Below are positions 12,521 through 25,922 of a stretch of 64,000 nt of DNA, in pieces. The DNA comes from Setoptus koraiensis. Lineage: Eukaryota; Animalia; Arthropoda. Numbering within the stretch: the first letter of the stretch is position 1; each line of letters begins with the position of its first letter. The notes beneath the pieces are model-generated. The model did no database searches. It was not told where the DNA came from and worked only from the letters and a program-made list of their open reading frames with translations. A program made the translations under genes and the position numbers. The DNA is taken from assembly GCA_048013815.1 (NCBI GenBank), contig CM106586.1:6448001-6512000 (forward strand). Direction: 5' to 3'.

Positions 12521-13506
12521 CGGGCAAAGTTGGCGTGGCGCAAAAACGGCGACCAGACAAAACGGACGAGAGGGGGCGCCCACTGCTAACGAGCCGGCCG
12601 GCCGACAGTGCTGTCGAGGGCGAGCTCGGCGGCGCACAACAACCATACGGCTGATACAGCCAGATCCAGCCAGACACGCACAGACGGATAATGAGATGAA
12701 TGGCGAATAAGCAAACAAAGATAATGAGCAGTTGAGCGCCTTCACTCAATTATCGTCCGCACCGGCCGACAGCGGGCGAAAGTGTCGTGCCTCGCCGTTA
12801 TTATCGCCGTTATTGTTGGCGGTCACTCTACGCCGATCGTGTCATCATCACCGGCTAGCGGTTGCGTCATCAGCATCGGCTAGCAGTTGCGTCATTATCG
12901 CCGGTCGCCGGCATCGCCGGTCGTCCGCGACGTTGCTGTCCGGCTGTTGGCTTGCGCAGTTGCTACGAGTTTCGAGCGCTGAGTTTCGAACCGCGATTCA
13001 AATTGAATCGCGAATTCGAACTTCGAACTTGGAGCCGCGAATCGCCGACTGCAAATTGGAAATCGCAAACCGCAAAGAAGCGAATAAGCGAACGAGTAAA
13101 CGAGCGAATGGGCGAACGTAAATCATGCAGAATCAATTCTCCGTTGCGGCTCGCATCGCGGCGCTCAAATGCGACCGAAACGACTTCCTGTTCGCCCATG
13201 GGCCGCGCTTGTGTTCGCCTGGCGGCCCGCTGGCTCGCCACTGTGCCCGCTGCTGGGCGCGCCAACGCCGACACCAGCGCCAACAACCGTCGACAACCAG
13301 ATCGGCGATATTCTGCAATTTTGTGTCTAGCGAGCGGCGAGCGTCAGTGGCGCCACTGGCGCCAAAACTCTCAAGTTGAGAGTCTCAACAGACGATTGTT
13401 CAACAATTGTTGCTGTCGCAAAGTGTGAAAACCCTCCGCTGAGACCCAAGTTGAGAGACAAACCGCAAAACTGGCCCGGCGAGCAGTTTAGTTCGGGCAA
13501 TGTCCA

Positions 13507-13840
13507 CTGTAGTGATGGTGGCGCAGGCTAGTGGGTGACCCATTTTGGGTCGCCCATCTGCCTTCCCACTGGCGCGACCCAGTGGGTAAATGTCTGCCCA
13601 TGGGTCGACCCACCCCGACCCACCCATCAAATTGACCCATGGGCGACCCGGGTAGCCCGTCTTAGCCCAATTCTACCCACTGGGCGACCCGGGCAGCCCA
13701 TTTTAACCCATTTTGACCCACTGGGTCACCCGGGTCAGCCATTCTAGCCCGATTTCGCCCATGGGCTGACCCGGGCAGCTCACTTCCACCCCTATCTGAC
13801 CCAACGGGTCACCCGGGACACCCGGGTTACCCGAATACAG
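13507..13840. mobile_element. Possible MITE or DNA-transposon end relic built from GGG-N3/4-CCC palindromes
   Basis: About 12 GGGTGACCC/GGGTCACCC/GGGCGACCC-type units. The ends are imperfect inverted copies (CTGTA-N21-GGGTGACCC at left; GGGTCACCC-N21-TACAG at right). No TSD or transposase seen. Confidence 0.35.
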
Positions 13841-16639
13841 TATGATTGCGGCGCGGATTCTGCAGTTGGAATTACATTGTCAGCACATTATATCAATGGG
13901 TGCTCATGGACGAAAGTGCTTTTGTTTTTAGTAGCTTGAAATATCAAGATGCACACGCCAATAGAAAGATATAATTTCACCGTGAAAACAATTGGCTTCA
14001 GTAAAGAAAACTCGTTACATCGACTCGTCGCTCACGAAGCTACCAGAATGTCAACGTTGTCCGTCCTCGAGATACAGCTCGCCTCAAAAGCCACCAACTA
14101 TACTGATAGTGTTGACTCGTGAAGGTCAAATGACAGATCGAAACATCATGACTTAAGACCGGGATAAATCTGTGCTGCGGCTGAGATTATGTAATACTAA
14201 TTTTCATTGACAGGCATTTAATATCTCTCCAGGCGATTTGTTCGAATGAAAATGTTCGCTAGAAGTAGTATTCTGTCAATGTAAAGAATGGAAGCCAATG
14301 TGACAACGTGTCTGACAATTGTCTGGGTGGCATGGATTTGACACTAGTGAGAGTTCGTTGGTGCTGTTTATTATAAATATGATATTTATGAGCTAAACAT
14401 GGTCTGCTGTTGGTGGTGGTGGTTGTTCTGTGATTGATGGTGGTTGTTGTTATGTTGGTGGTGGTTGTTGTTATGTTGGTGGTGGTTGTTGTTATGTTGG
14501 TGGTGGTTGTTGTTATGTGATTGGTGGTGGTGGTTGTTGGTCTGGTGCAGATGGTTTTGCAGGTGACTGTTATGATGGTCGCCGCCAAGCGGCCAATTCG
14601 TTCGAGCATACAACTTGTATGATACAAGGCGACCGGAGAGCCGACCGGAAACAAGCGTGCGGCTGTGCGGATAAGTAGCGCACATTGCAGGCTGTGCGGA
14701 TAAGTGGCGCACGGTGCCTGACGTGTGCGGTGCATGTCTGGCCGCTGCTCGATATCAGGCGGCGTGTCTCGGCCGGAGAAAGTGATTGACCGGGCCGCGG
14801 GCTTCAGCTGCGGCCCGACTGCGGCAGCCACCACGGCGACAACAACGACGACGACGACGCCGACAACAACAACGACGCCAACCTGTTGAATGAAACTACC
14901 TGTCCTGTGGAATGGAACTGGCAAAAGTTGCCCATTCCAACAGTGTGTTTGTGTGAGATGCGAGGGGCAAATTGCAAACGTCGCAAGCTATGCGAACACT
15001 GCAACAACTTGCGGCCAATATATGAAATATGATGATAACAATTTGAGCGAGACTCGCCCATCTAATTGGATCCGGCTGCCGCTGGCCGGCGATTGTTACG
15101 ACATGCGCTCGCTGTTACGTAACAACATAAATCAGGCATCGGCAGTGCGTCGGCCGCAACACATCACATTTATATACATACTTGTGTGTGTATATTGCTT
15201 GATATTCTAATTATTGTTACGCAACAGCGAATGGCCGCATCATCGTTGCAAGTCATGACCGGCGTCCACGGGTGAATATGAACAGTGTATATCAATGATA
15301 CGATATCATGTCCGCTGGTCATATCCAGTGGCTCGCCGGTGCGCTTGTTGTCGCTGGCCAGCGGCCGTCACAAAATAGATCGGCGTGGCTGTCGCTGTTG
15401 TGGCTTGTTGTTGTTGGCGCCACTGCCGGCGCAACAAGAACAACGGCGGGCCAACAATGGCCGCCATGACGTAACAATAACAACGCGGTCAGTCAAATTG
15501 AATCAGTCGGATCGGCATCGCATAAGTTTGATAAGTGACAGTGGCGTCTGTTTACGAGTTGCTGCTGCTGCCAACAACGCCAACAACAGCAACAGCGGCA
15601 ACAGCGGCAACAGCAACAACAACAGCAGCAACAGCGGCAACAACAACAGCAACAACGACAAGGCAATATCGCAACTATCGCAGCGACCGGCCGAAATTGC
15701 GCCATTTTTCATTTTTTCGCAAACTCTGGCCGATATCACAAGCACATACAATGTGTAATACAATTAGGGTTGGCCGTTGCACTCGACAGCAACCTATTCG
15801 ATGCAACGGTCCCAGCTACACCTGTCGGGCTGGACGGCCGCTCCAGTCACGCCTCCGCCCGGGGCTAGCGAGTGCGAGCGGATCCGCGGCGGACATACTT
15901 GAGCCGCTTGCCGGGCTCGATAATATAGAGTCTATATACGGTCAATGTATGCCATCTATGCTGACAACGCATATGCTATTATACGTATATGCTATTATAC
16001 GTATATGCTATGTAAGTATACGATTGTGTAGCGGCGAGACGCGTTGACTGTGCGCCGACGATTGCAAATTACATAACACGGCACGACGCTCGATGCTTGA
16101 TGGATGCAAATCGAGAGAGAGAGAGCGCGAGCGGAAGGGGGGCCGAAACGAGCCCGAAGGGGGCGACAGAAGCAGCGACAGAAGCAGCGACAAAAGTAGC
16201 GACAAAAAGAGGGCGACAAACGGAATGTGCAAACGGCGGCCGCAAATGGAAGCGACCAATAGAAGCGGCCGCACGGAGGCTCCCGGCGCTCGCCTTGGGT
16301 CTCCGGCAATCCGTTACACACTGTGTAATATACAGACTCAGTCACACAAGTTTGTGTTTGGCAAGTCACGTCGGAGCGGCCGAACGATTTCACTCTTTTC
16401 TCGCTGCTCGCTCGAACGGTCAATGTTGCCCGAACCGCCGAGCCGTCGGGCCGTCGATCCTTCGAATCGCTGAGCCACCGAGCCGCCGGGCCGCCGAGCC
16501 ACTGAGCCGGCCAGTGGCGAACAGTGTGCCGGGCAACCATCGTGACGCATGATGATGATGGAGATGATTAATCAAAAAATAAACGACTTTCATCAAACGC
16601 AACTGGCAGCTGTAACAAGCCGGCCACTTGTTCGCGCCC

Positions 16640-16752
<113 letters not shown>

Positions 16753-17529
16753 GACAATAACAGCAGTAGCAACAACAACAACGGCAACAACAACAGCAAG
16801 CCAGCGACCACGACAACTGCAAATTGAATTAACAGGTAAGTGTTGTGGTGCGCACAAACAGTGTGCATTGTTGTCGCTGTGATTACGCAACAACGCACAC
16901 AGTTGGGCCAGAACAGGTAGCCAACAACAGGGGCGACACTCGCGCTGGTGGCTAGTTGATCACGTTTGCCGGACGCCGGCTTTGTGTCGTAATTGAACTT
17001 GCTCCGCATTGGATGACATCGATCAATTGGCTGCGAGTGGCAACTTGCGACCAGCGAGCCGCTGCCAATATGCGCTCGAATCTGTGCCCGAATCTGTGGC
17101 GGTGACGTAGCGGTCACCTTCCGTTGCCGGTTCATGTGCCGGCCGGCTCGTCGACGGTCCCGTTCGGTGCCGCTCGGTCCGCGCCGCGCAGCGCTGTCGC
17201 CGGGCAGCGGCGAGCGGCGGCGGCGGCAACGGGCACGGGGCTTGCGGGAGTCACGATCGTTCATTATTACAGTTATTATGCTCACAAGTCAGTTTGTTAG
17301 TTTGTCAGTGCGGCGCTGATGCTCGGCAACAACGGGCAACAACGGGCAACAACGGGCAACGACGGGCAACAACCGGCCAGCCAGCAATGTGAGCAACATG
17401 GCGCTTGCAGCGCATTATTGCCGAGAGCGTGACATAACGTGTGTTATGTAATGATTGATGGATTGCGGACTGCAAGCTGCGGTAAGCGAGCACCGGATCG
17501 CCAATTGCAAAATGGCCAACAACAAATAG

Positions 17530-17565
<36 letters not shown>

Positions 17566-17901
17566 ACGGCTCGGCCGGCTACCGGCTGCCGGCCACATAA
17601 TTGGTGCGCACACCGCATGGCTGCCGGTTACGTAACGCAGCCAGTTGAGCGAGTTGCTGGTCAGTGACTTGATAGCTCGGGCTCAGTCATCACAACTGAG
17701 TTATGTAACGCGGCGGCACAGTTGCCGTTGTAACCGTTGCGTAACGCAGCAAGCCGTAAGTTGCCGGTTACAGGTCGCCTGTGTTTGCCTGTGTTTGCCT
17801 ATGTGCTGCCGGACTCTCTGGCGAGCTCAAATTGGCGAGCTCAAATTGGCGAGCTCAGTTTGGCGAGCTCGGCCTGGCGAGCGCGGCCTGGCGAGCAAAG
17901 T

Positions 17902-17936
<35 letters not shown>

Positions 17937-19804
17937 CGAAATATCACAATGTATAATTGGTGCGCTATAGTGATACGCGTGACATGCGCTGCCAAGATCG
18001 ATTAGTGTCCGCACTCGTTCGAGTTGCACCGGTCAGTTGTTGGTTTACCGTTTCATCCGCACAGTTTAATGCGGCTAATGGAAGCCATTACTGTTATGCT
18101 ACATAATGATACATTGCCAGGCGATGTTGCGCAACAGCACACTGGCTGCTAACTGGCCCGCTCACGGCGACAGTGTGGCCGACAGTACGGCACCGCCGCT
18201 TGCGTGCCATTGCGCAACATGCCCAAGCGGCCCTTGGTCTCACCTGTGCGCGATTACCTCACCTGTGCGCAGATACCTCACCTGTGCGCAGATACCTCAC
18301 AGGCTGTGAGGCGCAATGAGTGTGGCCCAGCGGCCAAACTCGACCACTCTTACTGGTCGTTAGAGGGAGCCCGAGCGGCCGCTCGACACACACAGATAGA
18401 GCGGCCCAGAGCGGCCACCGAGCGGACGGAGATTGGTCATCGGGCGGCCGCAGAGCGGACGGTGGGAGGTTCATGGCGGCGCTGTTGGCAGTGTTATGCG
18501 ATATGGGCAGCATAATGCGATACATCGCTCCATTGGCCGTCCGCTCCGGCCCGATAGACAATCGAGCATCTATCAGCAATATACTCACTACTGATAACAA
18601 CTTGTCCTCCAGTGTATCGGCCATCCGTCGGCCATCCGTCGGCCATCTACCGGCCAACAACAAGTGGCTTGCACCGGTGGACACAAAGCGCCACTTCCGC
18701 CACTTCGGACGCACAAATTGCGACGCAAGTTCCGACAACCAGTGCTTATATCGACAAGTGCAATATTGACACAGTATGGTCCCACTGACCACATGGCAGC
18801 GCTGCTCTGGCTGTGGGCCGCGCACAGGTGAGCTGTAGTTGGACAGGTGAGCTGCAGTTGGCGCGGCTATCACCGGCGGCCACTCTGAGGGAACGATCTT
18901 GGCAAAGAGCGAGCCGAGTGCAGAATTGGCCCGCTCTGTTGCTGTTTGGTCGCTCAATCATCTGGCAGCAGCAACAACAACAGCAACAACAACAACAACA
19001 ACAATAATAATGATAATAATAATAGACAGCAGCGTAATAAGCATAATAATAATAATGATAATGATAATAGCGCAGAGTCGCTACGGCACACAGTGTGTTG
19101 CGTAATGTGTGTGTTACGCAATGTGTGTGTGTTACGTAATGTGTGTGTTGTGTAATGAGCGGCCGCATGAAAGTAACGGGAATTAATTAGAATAGAGTGA
19201 GCACGAGAGCATCGCTAGATAGAAACTACCGCTGGCCGGTATCGCCGGCATGGCCGAATGGCTCGAATAGACAAAGATTTACTTAATTAGGTAAAGAAAG
19301 TTGGCTCTCTATCTATACACTCATCACTCATTGAGGCCATCAGTCATTCCATAATCTGTGCGTCATTATTATTAACATTATTATTATTACCGTTACTTTT
19401 ATTATTATCATTATTGTTATGGTCAATATGATGCTGCCTGTCGTTGTTGTTGCTGCTCAAAATTAAACCGGCTTGTGTCGACTTGTTTCAAACACACATA
19501 CTCTGCAGTGTTTTCAAACGACACAGCTCGCCGGCCAGCCGCTTTTGCCGTGTCCAGCCGCTTTTGCCGTGTCCAACTGGCCACAGCTAGACGACCAAAG
19601 ATTTGGTGCATTCGGGCCTGGCCAGATGGAGCTGGCCAGTTGATTGACGATGAAAAGTTGCCAGTGTTGCGCAACTTGTGACCGGCTCGACGGCGACAAC
19701 CGCCACGACGAGCCGCTCTAAACGAGCCAATCAACAACGGCAATCAATAGATATGATATGATTCACTGATGAATATCGGATGGTCAGTCAATGGGATATC
19801 GCAT

Positions 19805-19880
19805 ATTCAGTCGGTCAGATATTCGGTCGGATATTCGGTCGGATATTCAGTCGGATATTCGGTCGGTCGGATACTCAGTC
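19805..19880 (+). repeat. 12-bp tandem repeat (ATATTCRGTCGG-like)
   Basis: Repeated ATATTCGGTCGG/ATATTCAGTCGG units. Confidence 0.8.
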
Positions 19881-20640
19881 GGATGGCGAGTCGGATGTGC
19901 GGCGATGAACGATGAGCAGAGAGCCGATGAGACGACGGCCGTGATTGCGACCAGTTCATTAGCATGAGACACAATGTAACGGCACGGCGATAATAATAAT
20001 AATAATGATAATGCAGCAATGCAAACAATTGCAATTGCCGGCAATCATAATGAATGGCAATTGCAGTGATTGAATTGCGCGTTGCCTTAACCTACTCACA
20101 CCACATACTTATACTGTAGCACATGTATAAGTATGTTGCCTAGTGCCAGCTATTGCATAATACCTGGCACTGTATCCTGTATGCGCCGTATTACGCAATA
20201 ACTTGATTGATTTCGTCAATCACTGTCAGACTGGCTCACAGTGCGACTAGTTGCTGTAGTTACATTGCGTTGCACAATAACGCAAGCGAAATCGCAGCAG
20301 TAATGTGTTACTGTGATATTACCATTGCGCAACTCTCTTAATTGATCTCTCATTAACGGTTGTTGACTTTTGTCCCTCACATTGGCGTTGTTAGCTAGTT
20401 TTGCGCGATTGGCCAACAGCAGCATAATGCTCATGCAAAGTAGTCATGACGACCACCATTTTGCCCGTCGCCGCTATCATCGGCTTGTGTCGGCCAGGCT
20501 ACATTGTATCAGTGATTGGTTGCTTGTAATTGATGCGGCCATCACACACACACAAACTTGACACAAACAAACTAACAATGACGCAACAAACGCCGAGCAA
20601 TCGCATTAGCATAACAATTGGCCGGCCTGTCGCATCAACC

Positions 20641-20733
20641 GCCGATTGGCCGCCAAAATATAAAGAGTCAGTGGGGGTAAAATAAAAAGAGAGCCAACAA
20701 ATCAACAACAAGCGCACCGGAAGTGAGTAAACA
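20641..20733 (+). promoter_or_regulatory. Candidate core promoter and non-coding first exon of the TRPV gene
   Basis: Reverse CCAAT (ATTGG, 20645), TATAAAG at 20658, strong donor GAA|GTGAGT at 20722/23, forkhead-type GTAAACA at 20727. Matching acceptor cgcaacAG at 21385-86 with CTAAT upstream. Confidence 0.4.
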
Positions 20734-21491
20734 CACACACAATTAAAACACCGCAAGCACAATTAAAAAACAATCACCATCACAATCGACTGTTGTGACC
20801 GGCGCGTGACAACCAGTTTCCGTCGCTCAATGCGTCGCCCTCGTTGGCCGTAAATGCCATAAATCACAATTTCCAGCGATAAATCGCACAGGCAATAAAT
20901 CACCAGCTATGAATCGCAAGCGATGAATCACAAGCGACAACACGGGCCGACAGTGAAACGAAATTAGGCCGAGCTGGCCAAGATTGATTGTGATTGATTT
21001 GATCGGGCCCCACGCTGCCCTTCTCACGGCACCAGCCAGTCGCTGGCCGGCGGTCAGCTCGCGCACATGGCACAATGCGATTATCCGCGCGATCAGTTGC
21101 GTCATAATGGGTCATGATGGGTCGCGCTGTCATGACCTTTTCTGTCTGGCCGTTTGATGCATTCGCTCAATTTCCCAGTTGCCACAAATGCAGCCAGCCA
21201 ATTGTGAACTTCAATTTCAAAATATTATTTCTATTGAATTCCGTTTCGACGACAGCAGCCCATTGTGTGCATAATTTTTGCAACTTGAATGCCTTGATTG
21301 GCCTCCATTTGCTGGCAGCATTCACCTTTGCTGCAAACGTCTAATGTTTGCACTTGCTGCTGCTGCTGCTGCGTCTATCGCAACAGAGGAGCCCCACACC
21401 GGACACACACACACCCGTCGGCGGGCACCCCCACACGGTATTTTATCACACGGTATTTTATCACACGGACACAGTCGCAAAAACAAAAACA

Positions 21492-24400
21492 ATGGGCAAT
21501 TTCCAGAAACGAATAGCGCCCGCCAAGACGGACATCAAGCGACAGGTGGACAGTGACCATTTGAAGCAGCGGCCCATATATCAGCTGATAAATATGAAGA
21601 AGGGCGGCCAGCTCATTGACGTAATGCGCCAGGCCATCAGTGAGCATGATTTCAGCCATGTAATTAATTTAAAAAATAATAACAATTTAATTAGTAGCTT
21701 GAGTTAGATTTAATTGTTCGGACTTTCGCTTGCTCATAGTTTTGCTGCATGATGACGCTCACATACGCCCGCTAGCATGCGCTAATGAAGCTCACTGTTA
21801 TTGATGATGCAACTAATCGAAAGCTCAATGCTGATAATTATTTACCATTTGTTAATTATCCGTTTCCATTTATAATCGACAACAACGACAACAACGACAA
21901 CAACAACATTAACAACAACAACAACAACGCCCGCCATGACGCCCACAGGTGGACGATCACATACGGCAACTCGTGAAGCCGTATCTGTACAACGAGGGCG
22001 CCGGCAAGTGGTTTCCGTCGGGCTCCTCGTTGAATGCGGCATCGTTTGCCCCGGACAAAACGCACACAAAAACCTGGGGCCCGACGGAAGAGCAAGAGTT
22101 TTTAGCGGCCCAGGCGGCCAGCGACAAATCAAACGCAGACAAGTCAAACAATCAATCCAATGACGGCATCGACGCTCGATGGCCCGGCCGTCAGTTCGTT
22201 TGTTGGAGATTGGAGGAACGGGGCTTTGTGGGCGAAACAGCCCTGCATATATGCTTTCTTTTGTCCACATTCATACACATGATGCTGGCCAAAAGATTGT
22301 TGAGCATATTCCCAAATTTAGTTTACGACATTTACACTTGCGAGGAATTCTTTGGCGAATCGCCACTGGTGAGCTTGCCACTATGGCTTCCACTCGTTTT
22401 AGCTAGCCAAAATTAACCTTTCCACATAATCAACATTTTCGCAACTCTTTATTAATTAATTAATGATTAATTAATAATACTAATTAGTTAATAATAATTA
22501 CATAACAATAGCTATTCTTACTCTATGCATACCATTGTTGCGTTTATTGCGTGCATCTCATTATTATAATTCGCACTGGTAGCACATGGCCATAGTGAAT
22601 GAGGACACCGAAATGGTGAAATATCTACTGGATTGCGGCGCAAACGCGCATCAGCGCTGTCTGGGCAGATTCTTCTTGCCCGACGATCAAAAGGATTATC
22701 CCATCGATTTCGATAGCACCAACGGTATTGTCGACAACAGCAACAGAGGCGCCAAAGGTGACAATTTCACCGACTATCAATGGTAAACGAGAGAGGCCAT
22801 TTGTTGGCCATTTTATCTTACAACTGCAACACTGACACCAATGTCATGTTTTTGCTTTTACAAATATTTTCACAACAATGTTTTCACAATTCTTTTGCCT
22901 TTCATCATTTTTTTTTTCGCGCATCATGGCAAAAAGTCACGTTTACTGGGGCGAATATCCGCTCTCGTTCGCAACATGCCTGGGACTGGCCGATTGTTAC
23001 AGGTTGTTGCTGACAAGAGGCGCCGACCCAAACAGACAAGACTCCAATGGTAACACTTGCCTACACACTGCCGTCATATCAAACAGACAGGTTCGTTGGT
23101 GTCAGTAGACGAAATGTTGATATCATCAATAATATTAGCGCATAATTGATTAGTCCGCTCATCATAATAATTAATTAATTATCGCCATTCGCCCACCATT
23201 CATTATACCGACTGTGTTATCACCAATGCAGGATATGCTAGATCTGAGCTTCGAATTGGGTGCCAATATGTGTGTGAGAAATCATCAGGGTTACACTCCG
23301 TTGGGTTTGGCAGCAAAACTCAACAGAGTTGAGGTGAGACTTTTTTGAGTGATAAGCAGCAGTCTTGGCATATGCAGTCATGCATATTAATTGATTAATT
23401 AATGACCTAAGTCGATTAATTATCGATTGTTCCATTGTTTCGCATTGTTCGTAACCGGCACATGCATTATCGCTATTATATTATAGATTTTCTTTCACAT
23501 CATCGACATCAAGCGTCACATTAAATGGACCTTTTGTAATGTTGCCTTTGTAGAGCACTCATTAACAGAGATAGACAGCATCGATTGTTCAACCGGTCGC
23601 ATTAACGCCACCAATGCCCTATCGGTGGTCACTTTTGGGGTTAGTAGTGGCCAGTTGGCCTGCCAATCAATTGCTCAAAATTGTTGATCCAATTCCTTTG
23701 TATTCATTTCCTATGTGTATCTATGTATATGTTTATGCAATGTATGTGTGTATGCAATGGTTAGGATGATCTGAAACATTTGGACATGTTTGACGGCCTA
23801 TTGAGCGATATTCTAGACGCAAAATGGAACACTTTCCTCAAGAAGAAGTGAGTGCACCACCGGAAACCAGCCGTCTTGGCACGGCGCTCTGGTGGCCAAT
23901 TTATTTGTTAATAGTGATAGTAATTTGCAAATTAATTATAACCCCTCTATCCTGTCTTTAAATGATGCAGATTTCACATACTCCTGGGCAGATTTTGCGC
24001 CTATGCATTGATGGCGTTCGTTGCCTTTGCCAGCCGCACCTCTAGTGAGCTCAGATCAACTACAGAATCGGATAATCACAACCGCCATCACTATTATCAT
24101 AAATACGTCCAAACAATATCCGAGAGTCTTTTGTTGATTGGCGCACTCAATTACTGTTACATTTACCTGTGGCGACTTTACATGAATCTAAACCGAGCTT
24201 TGTTCTTGCAAACTATGGTGAGTTGCTCTGCAATGTCTCGCTAGTCTCACTATAAACGGATCAGTAATCATCAATTTATAATCAATTGAAAACTTTACTA
24301 AAACTTTACTGCCAACACTACAAACAATCAATAACAACAATGCCGGCTCAATCATCAACAAATCATCATCACGTTACCTAAAAGATGCGAGCGCCCGCTC

Positions 24401-25738
24401 TTACTCTGTTCCTCATATCGTGTATACTGGTGCTACTTTGTTTTCCATTGCGCCTAATATCTGGTCACGACAGCCTTGAGAATATTCTTATTGTTTTAAT
24501 AATATTCATCACTCCAATCAAGTTTTTATTCTTTTGTCGTGGATTCAAATCCGTTGGACCGTTTGTTGTCATGGTATACAAGATGCTCGCATCGGATCTA
24601 CTTTGTTTCGTCCTCATTTATAGCATTTTCGTTTTGGGTTTCGCTCAATGTAAGCTGCCTACCACTGTGCCCACAAACCAGCTTTTCCAAAATCCAGCCT
24701 CGTTAACAATTCACATTGACGACAACTTGTATCGACGATCAAACAATTCTAGCTTTTTTTGTCATATTTAGATCTTACAGGGCGCCAGCGGATAAAAGTT
24801 TGAATTATTTCGAAAACTTTTCCACATCTATGATGTCCATGTTTTTGATGGCGCTAAACGAGTTCGATTCGATCTACAATGAATTCAACAACACCGACTA
24901 CCCAATACTGGCAAAGGTATAAAAGCCTTGTATCAACTTAACTGCCGATAACTTTGCCACCCAAACTCATTGCATTGTCATAACTAACTAACTACTGTAA
25001 TTTCAATACTTCTATCAATAGGGTATGTTTCTTATTTACATGTTGCTAGTGTCCGTTCTCCTCATAAACATGTGAGTAGCTGTTTGGTTGGCTCGGTTTA
25101 ATCAATAGTTCAAACATATATAATATAATCTCTGATAATTTTCGTGACAAAAACAGGTTGATTGCCATGATGGGTAAAACATATCAAGATATAGCGTCTC
25201 AAGGCAATGAAAACTTACGTCAGTGGGCACGCATTTTACTCATAGTAGAAAGAACACTAACGGATAAAGAGAGACTTTATTTGTTGGAGGGATACACGTC
25301 TCTTACGCGATCGATCGGACCATCGAGCAAGTCAGCCCCGATTCTGCTGACCTCAACGAGTAAATGTTCACAATCTAGCGTTTGCACCAATGATTCAATT
25401 TTGCTCTCTTGCAAACACGATAGTAAAAATGATAACCAAGACAATATTGTTCAGCAGAGAGTTTTGCCAAGCACTTGGTCTATATCTGTGAGTATTGACC
25501 TCTTCTGAAACGTCCCATTTGCGACGTCCATCCTCCAACTATCTATTATTGATAATATGTTGTTGCAACTATCACCGATGAAAATATTAACAATTTGATG
25601 TCGTTCTTTTGTGAATAGAGCGCTGACCAACGAGAGGAGATAAATCGATTGTGGTTGCTCAAGGAGAACAACAGAAGAAACAAGGCAAAATTTTGTTCAA
25701 AGTGCCAACAGCAACGCCGCAATCCAGCCGATAATTAA
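21492..25738 (+). CDS. nan: TRPV channel, Nanchung-like (ankyrin repeats + 6 TM + TRP helix), ~818 aa, 13 exons
   Basis: Exons 21492-21659, 21949-22368, 22583-22782, 22937-23090, 23232-23333, 23487-23639, 23765-23847, 23971-24217, 24385-24649, 24753-24916, 25022-25071, 25157-25487, 25619-25738 (2457 nt, all phases consistent). Motifs MGN.., [64 protein letters not shown]-like S4-S5 linker ([18 protein letters not shown]), [11 protein letters not shown] and [12 protein letters not shown] match insect Nanchung as recalled. Confidence 0.88.
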
Positions 25739-25922
25739 CGAAAGCCTAGAAGGCCAAACACACAATGGGGGCAAAACGGTAGTGCTAAAAGTTGTGTATT
25801 CCGAACAATGGTTACAGTATTGATAGTGTATGGGACACATTATAATGAAGTAATTAATGTAAGTGTGCATTGGTGTTAGATCACAAGATTAATTCAAGAC
25901 AGACGAATCGGCTAGCAATGGT

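Noticed and set aside
11586-12749. 387-aa and 316-aa overlapping minus-strand ORFs, plus several plus-strand ORFs
   Set aside because: Open in many frames because of GC-rich 16-bp repeats and (AAC)n tracts; non-ATG starts; no domain or splice chain.
18259-18957. 232-aa minus-strand ORF and 149-aa plus-strand ORF
   Set aside because: No recognisable domain, overlapping on both strands, alternative starts and no supported splice partners.
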